Shown: positions 60,440 through 64,000 of the stretch, piece after piece
Layout of the letters: each line of letters begins with the position of its first letter
Position numbering within the stretch: position 1 is the first letter of the stretch
NCBI GenBank assembly: GCA_965207885.1
Contig: OZ242311.1
Span: 2,880,001-2,944,000 of the forward strand
Source: Candidatus Latescibacterota bacterium
Lineage (GTDB): Bacteria > Latescibacterota > UBA2968
Direction: 5' to 3'
DNA: 64,000 nucleotides
Notes under the pieces: model-generated
The model's input: only the letters and a program-made list of their open reading frames with translations
What the model was told of the DNA's origin: nothing
Databases searched by the model: none
Made by a program: the position numbers and the translations under genes

Positions 60440-61456
60440 ATGATCTCGAAATACATTGATAAACTCAGAGAGGGTGAATCTCTCCAGGCCGATGAGGCTG
60501 AACAATGTCTGAGTGCAATCCTGGAAAGTAACCTGCCAGACGAACAGATCGCAAAACTGCTCATAGCGTTCTCTGGGAAGGGCGAAACTGCCGATGAAAT
60601 TCTCGGATTTTCGAGAGCTTTATTGACCAAAGCAAGACCTGTACCTCTCCCTTCCTCCGTCATTGATTCGTGTGGCACAGGTGGAAGCGGTTTAAATCGA
60701 TTCAACGTATCTACAACCGCTGCGTTCGTTTTATCTGCTGGTGGCGTTCCGGTGGTGAAACACGGCAATAAAGGATCAAAGCGACCGAATGGAAGCTTTG
60801 ATTTGCTGGAAGAACTCGACTGTGAGTTTGATTTCAGAGATGACCGTTTAGAGGACATTTTCAGGAGAACGAATGTATGTTTTCTGTTTGCCCGCATATA
60901 CCACCCAGTAATGAAAAAAGTGGTGACCGCCAGACAAATGGTTGACAAGAGGACGATTTTCAATCTCAGCGCTCCGTTATGTAATCCTGCCAATCCCCAA
61001 TATCAGATACTCGGAACAATTGATGTCGATATGGGCAGACAACTGGTAGAAGTGCTCCGCCATCTTGGGCGTAAACGCTTCTTGATTGTTGTCGGAGAGC
61101 CGGGGATTGATGAGATCTCCATTTCTGGACACACGCATATCTTTGAAGTGGCCGAAGGTGTGACCAGAGAATACCAGATTTCGCCTTCAGATTTTGGGAT
61201 AGCAAAATGGGATTACAGTGAGATTCCAGGTGGTGATAGTGACGAGAATGCAGAAATCTTCCTATCTCTTTTACAGCACCAAACTCCCGAACCAATTCTG
61301 GATCTGGTGTGTTTGAATGCCGGTGCAGCTTTCTACTGTTTTGGACGCACAGATTCGATTGAGGAAGGCTTTGATCTGAGCAAGGATCTCTTCGCAAAAG
61401 GGTTGGTTCAAGAGAAATTTCTTAAATATAAACGACTGTCCAGCAAGCAGAAGTGA
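60440..61456 (+). CDS. trpD: Anthranilate phosphoribosyltransferase (stand-alone)
   Basis: KGETADEI, DSCGTGG, FNVST, KHGN, RTIFN, GIDEIS, LNAGAA. Confidence 0.85.
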   Translation: MISKYIDKLREGESLQADEAEQCLSAILESNLPDEQIAKLLIAFSGKGETADEILGFSRALLTKARPVPLPSSVIDSCGTGGSGLNRFNVSTTAAFVLSAGGVPVVKHGNKGSKRPNGSFDLLEELDCEFDFRDDRLEDIFRRTNVCFLFARIYHPVMKKVVTARQMVDKRTIFNLSAPLCNPANPQYQILGTIDVDMGRQLVEVLRHLGRKRFLIVVGEPGIDEISISGHTHIFEVAEGVTREYQISPSDFGIAKWDYSEIPGGDSDENAEIFLSLLQHQTPEPILDLVCLNAGAAFYCFGRTDSIEEGFDLSKDLFAKGLVQEKFLKYKRLSSKQK

Positions 61457-61544
61457 AAGACAAAAAATAGAAGGGTGTGACGGCTGTCCCTCTATTTCTT
61501 CACTGATGACAAAAACAACTCCCAAATCCCACCCCGCTAAATCG

Positions 61545-61641
61545 CGCACAAAAAGCAATATCCTCAATTGCTAACTTTTCCTCAATAGCCCGGTCGGAAA
61601 ACCTAAACCCCCTTCCATTTGTCTAAACCACATGAACCTTG
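61545..61641 (+). repeat. About 97-bp intergenic repeat, copy 2
   Basis: Matches 57862-57957 with a few substitutions and one indel. Confidence 0.9.
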
Positions 61642-61690
61642 TCTTCCTCACCCTTATGACTTGTAATGCCCAGATCAGGAGGCAAAAACG

Positions 61691-63760
61691 GTGGAGAAAG
61701 CCAAACAGGTGCGGTGGTCATGCGCGATAATTTGGGTGCCAATTGTGCTGCTGACGCTACCGCTTTTCGCAGAAACGCAAAGCTCGACGCGTACTATCAG
61801 TGCCACATGGACGGATAATCCCCCCATTATTGATGGCGAACTTACAGACAGTGACTGGCAACGCGCCCAAATTGCAACCAATTTCTTTCGTGCAAAGGAA
61901 GGAAGCATCCATCCGGCGCAATTGAACACGGAAGTCAGGATTTTGTACGATGAGCATATGATCTATATCGGCGTGCGTTGCGATGAGCCGGACATGAAGA
62001 GTTTGCGCGAGACGAAAATTCGCCGGGATTCCGCCATCTGGCAGAATGACTGTATCGAAGTGATGCTTGATACCTATCGCGACCGTCGCAACTGCTACGT
62101 TTTTGGAATCAATACACTCGGCACACAGATGGACGAGCGGGTCAGTAATGAGAGTGTTTTCGACCTGAGTTGGGATGCAAAATGGAAATCGAAAATAAAA
62201 AAACACCGAAATCACTGGACCGCAGAATTTGCGATCCCGTTTCGCATGCTCCGTTTTAATCGACACAATACGACGTGGGGAATCAACTTTTGGCGGACAC
62301 ATCCGATAAATGGTCAATCCTATTCGTGGGCACGCACCGATTTTTTCGGGCGCGTATCGGAGTTTGGCGATTTGACCGGATTGGATTTCGGAAAGATCAA
62401 AACAGAGCAGAAGATCGGTATTCTCCCCTACGGGACCTATCGTGCAATAGAAAATCGTTCCAATGACCACGATGGTGGTTTAGACCTGATTCTCCCGATC
62501 TCGACGCACCTCACCTCGAATGTGACTTTCAATCCCGATTTTTCACAATTGGAAAGTGACCCGACGCAAATTAACATATCAAGTGACCGGGAATTGTCTC
62601 TCCCAGAACGCCGTCCATTCTTCCGGGAAGGTGCTGAACTGTTCAGGCTGCCGCTCAATTTATTCTATACCCGTCGCGTTCAAGAAATCGATTTTGGTGT
62701 AAAAACAGCAGGTAAAATTGGCGGTTCTAATTTCGCGGTCATCAATACTTACGGCAAAATGATCGATCGGTACGATGCGGATAAAAAAAAGCAGGCAAAT
62801 CTTTTGGCCGGGCGGGTTAATTACGATATCGGTGAGCGCACTGTCATCGGTGCAATGGGAATCCATAAACACCAGGCAGATCGAGATGTGGCACTCCTAT
62901 CGCTCAATGGTCGATTTGGACTTCATCGAGACTGGACTGTAACGTCGCAGTATGCTGTCGATTTCATCGATGGCGAAACGCATTGGGCGTATCACACCGA
63001 GATGGAATGGCTTCATGAAGGTTGGCTCACCGAAATCGCGTTTGAAGAGATTCAGGACGGTTTTCGTCCAAATGAGATGGGGCTTGAAGATGAGGCATTC
63101 CGTCGGGGCCGTGCTCGCGTGAGGTACAGACACGAGTTTCCAGAGGCGAATCTCTTGCAGTCATTTGGTGCTGATATGCGCCATTTTTATCAAACCAATG
63201 CACAAAAATTGCTGCGGGAACGGCGGAGTGAGTTCCGTTTTGATATTGATATTGGCCGATTTGATTTCTTTACCTATGGTGGGTTTGGCGCTCTTCGCGA
63301 AGTCGGTCAACTTTTCGATACCAGGTTTATCGGCTCATTGATTGATTACCAGGCACCGTGGTGGCACCTGGAGGTTTCAAATCGCTTTGGAATCCGTCGA
63401 GATGAATTCAACCGATTTACCAGCTTCTCTGCGGGTGTCAACCTCTTTGGCAAATTGACCGCTGATCTCGACCTGGATAATTTTTTTTGGCGTACACATC
63501 GAAATACGCTAATTTTCCGGCTCCGCAGTAACTATCAATTGACCCAAAAGATCGGCTGGCGCATTTTTTTTGAACGCGTAGATGAACGGTTGCAAGATGA
63601 GATCAGCTACAATTTCAACGCAATCTTCGACTACGAGTTCACCCCAGAGAGCCACTTCTATTTTGTGTTTGTTGATAGACTCCCAGGTGGACGAGCTGTG
63701 TTTACAAAGCTCGCGTATCTTTTTGAAGTCAGTTTCCCAGATTTTGGTCGATTTTATTGA
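61691..63760 (+). CDS. CBM9-like/DUF5916 domain exported protein
   Basis: Signal peptide; PIIDGEL..DW, WTAEFAIPF, WGINF, NPDFSQLESD, PERRPFF, FYTRR. Confidence 0.85.
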   Translation: MEKAKQVRWSCAIIWVPIVLLTLPLFAETQSSTRTISATWTDNPPIIDGELTDSDWQRAQIATNFFRAKEGSIHPAQLNTEVRILYDEHMIYIGVRCDEPDMKSLRETKIRRDSAIWQNDCIEVMLDTYRDRRNCYVFGINTLGTQMDERVSNESVFDLSWDAKWKSKIKKHRNHWTAEFAIPFRMLRFNRHNTTWGINFWRTHPINGQSYSWARTDFFGRVSEFGDLTGLDFGKIKTEQKIGILPYGTYRAIENRSNDHDGGLDLILPISTHLTSNVTFNPDFSQLESDPTQINISSDRELSLPERRPFFREGAELFRLPLNLFYTRRVQEIDFGVKTAGKIGGSNFAVINTYGKMIDRYDADKKKQANLLAGRVNYDIGERTVIGAMGIHKHQADRDVALLSLNGRFGLHRDWTVTSQYAVDFIDGETHWAYHTEMEWLHEGWLTEIAFEEIQDGFRPNEMGLEDEAFRRGRARVRYRHEFPEANLLQSFGADMRHFYQTNAQKLLRERRSEFRFDIDIGRFDFFTYGGFGALREVGQLFDTRFIGSLIDYQAPWWHLEVSNRFGIRRDEFNRFTSFSAGVNLFGKLTADLDLDNFFWRTHRNTLIFRLRSNYQLTQKIGWRIFFERVDERLQDEISYNFNAIFDYEFTPESHFYFVFVDRLPGGRAVFTKLAYLFEVSFPDFGRFY

Positions 63761-63773
63761 GTGGAGATCCAGA

Positions 63774-64000
63774 ATGGATGATCATGCGTTTTCAGAGATT
63801 CGGGATATGCTGGATCTGGGTCGGTTTCCCCAGAGCCAGATTACGCTCTTGGATATATCGGAAAAGCTTCTGACGGAAGCAGCGAGACGGCTGGAAGAGA
63901 CCGGTGCCGAGTTCAGAACCGTTGTCGGGGATTTGTTCGCAGATGATGACGTACAACTTGAAGCCGATTCGTTCGATTGTGTGGTCTCATCGTATGCGCT
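63774..64000 (+). CDS. Class I SAM methyltransferase-like ORF (truncated by window edge; motif I incomplete)
   Basis: MLDLG-RFPQSQITLLDISEKLL...GDLF...SFDCVVSSYA. Confidence 0.6.
   Translation, partial: MDDHAFSEIRDMLDLGRFPQSQITLLDISEKLLTEAARRLEETGAEFRTVVGDLFADDDVQLEADSFDCVVSSYA

Noticed and set aside
23639-64000. Canonical integron or CRISPR array
   Set aside because: No intI or cas gene, no regular repeat period, and most junctions lack a complete attC. An integrase outside the window cannot be excluded.

Overview
Bacterial chromosomal window with two very different halves. Positions 1-23.6 kb are a housekeeping backbone: mnmG end, a SirB1/transglutaminase-like gene split by an intact IS4-family element, smpB, a DnaC-like ATPase, rph, rdgB, two SDRs, mutY, an acyl-CoA ligase, aroC, rplM-rpsI-rpsB-tsf-frr and ispH. 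This half also holds a small islet with a YWTD/LDL-receptor-repeat gene, an XRE regulator and a promoter-to-terminator structured RNA candidate. From about 23.64 kb to the window end is an uninterrupted run of about 41 unrelated, mostly stand-alone genes, all on the + strand (APH-like kinases, GNATs, NUDIX, HADs, methyltransferases, a TA pair, etc.). No integrase or transposase lies in this run. The genes are joined by broken attC-like halves, truncated gene stubs and interleaved 55-470 bp imperfect direct repeats. This looks like a gene-capture/replacement array growing by homology-anchored recombination rather than a canonical integron, and it is the main candidate for an undescribed system. 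Gene content (YWTD repeats, PhyH, sulfatase, MacB-type permease) resembles marine or sponge-associated uncultured lineages; this is inference only. All identities were counted by eye and family calls come from motif recognition, not database searches.
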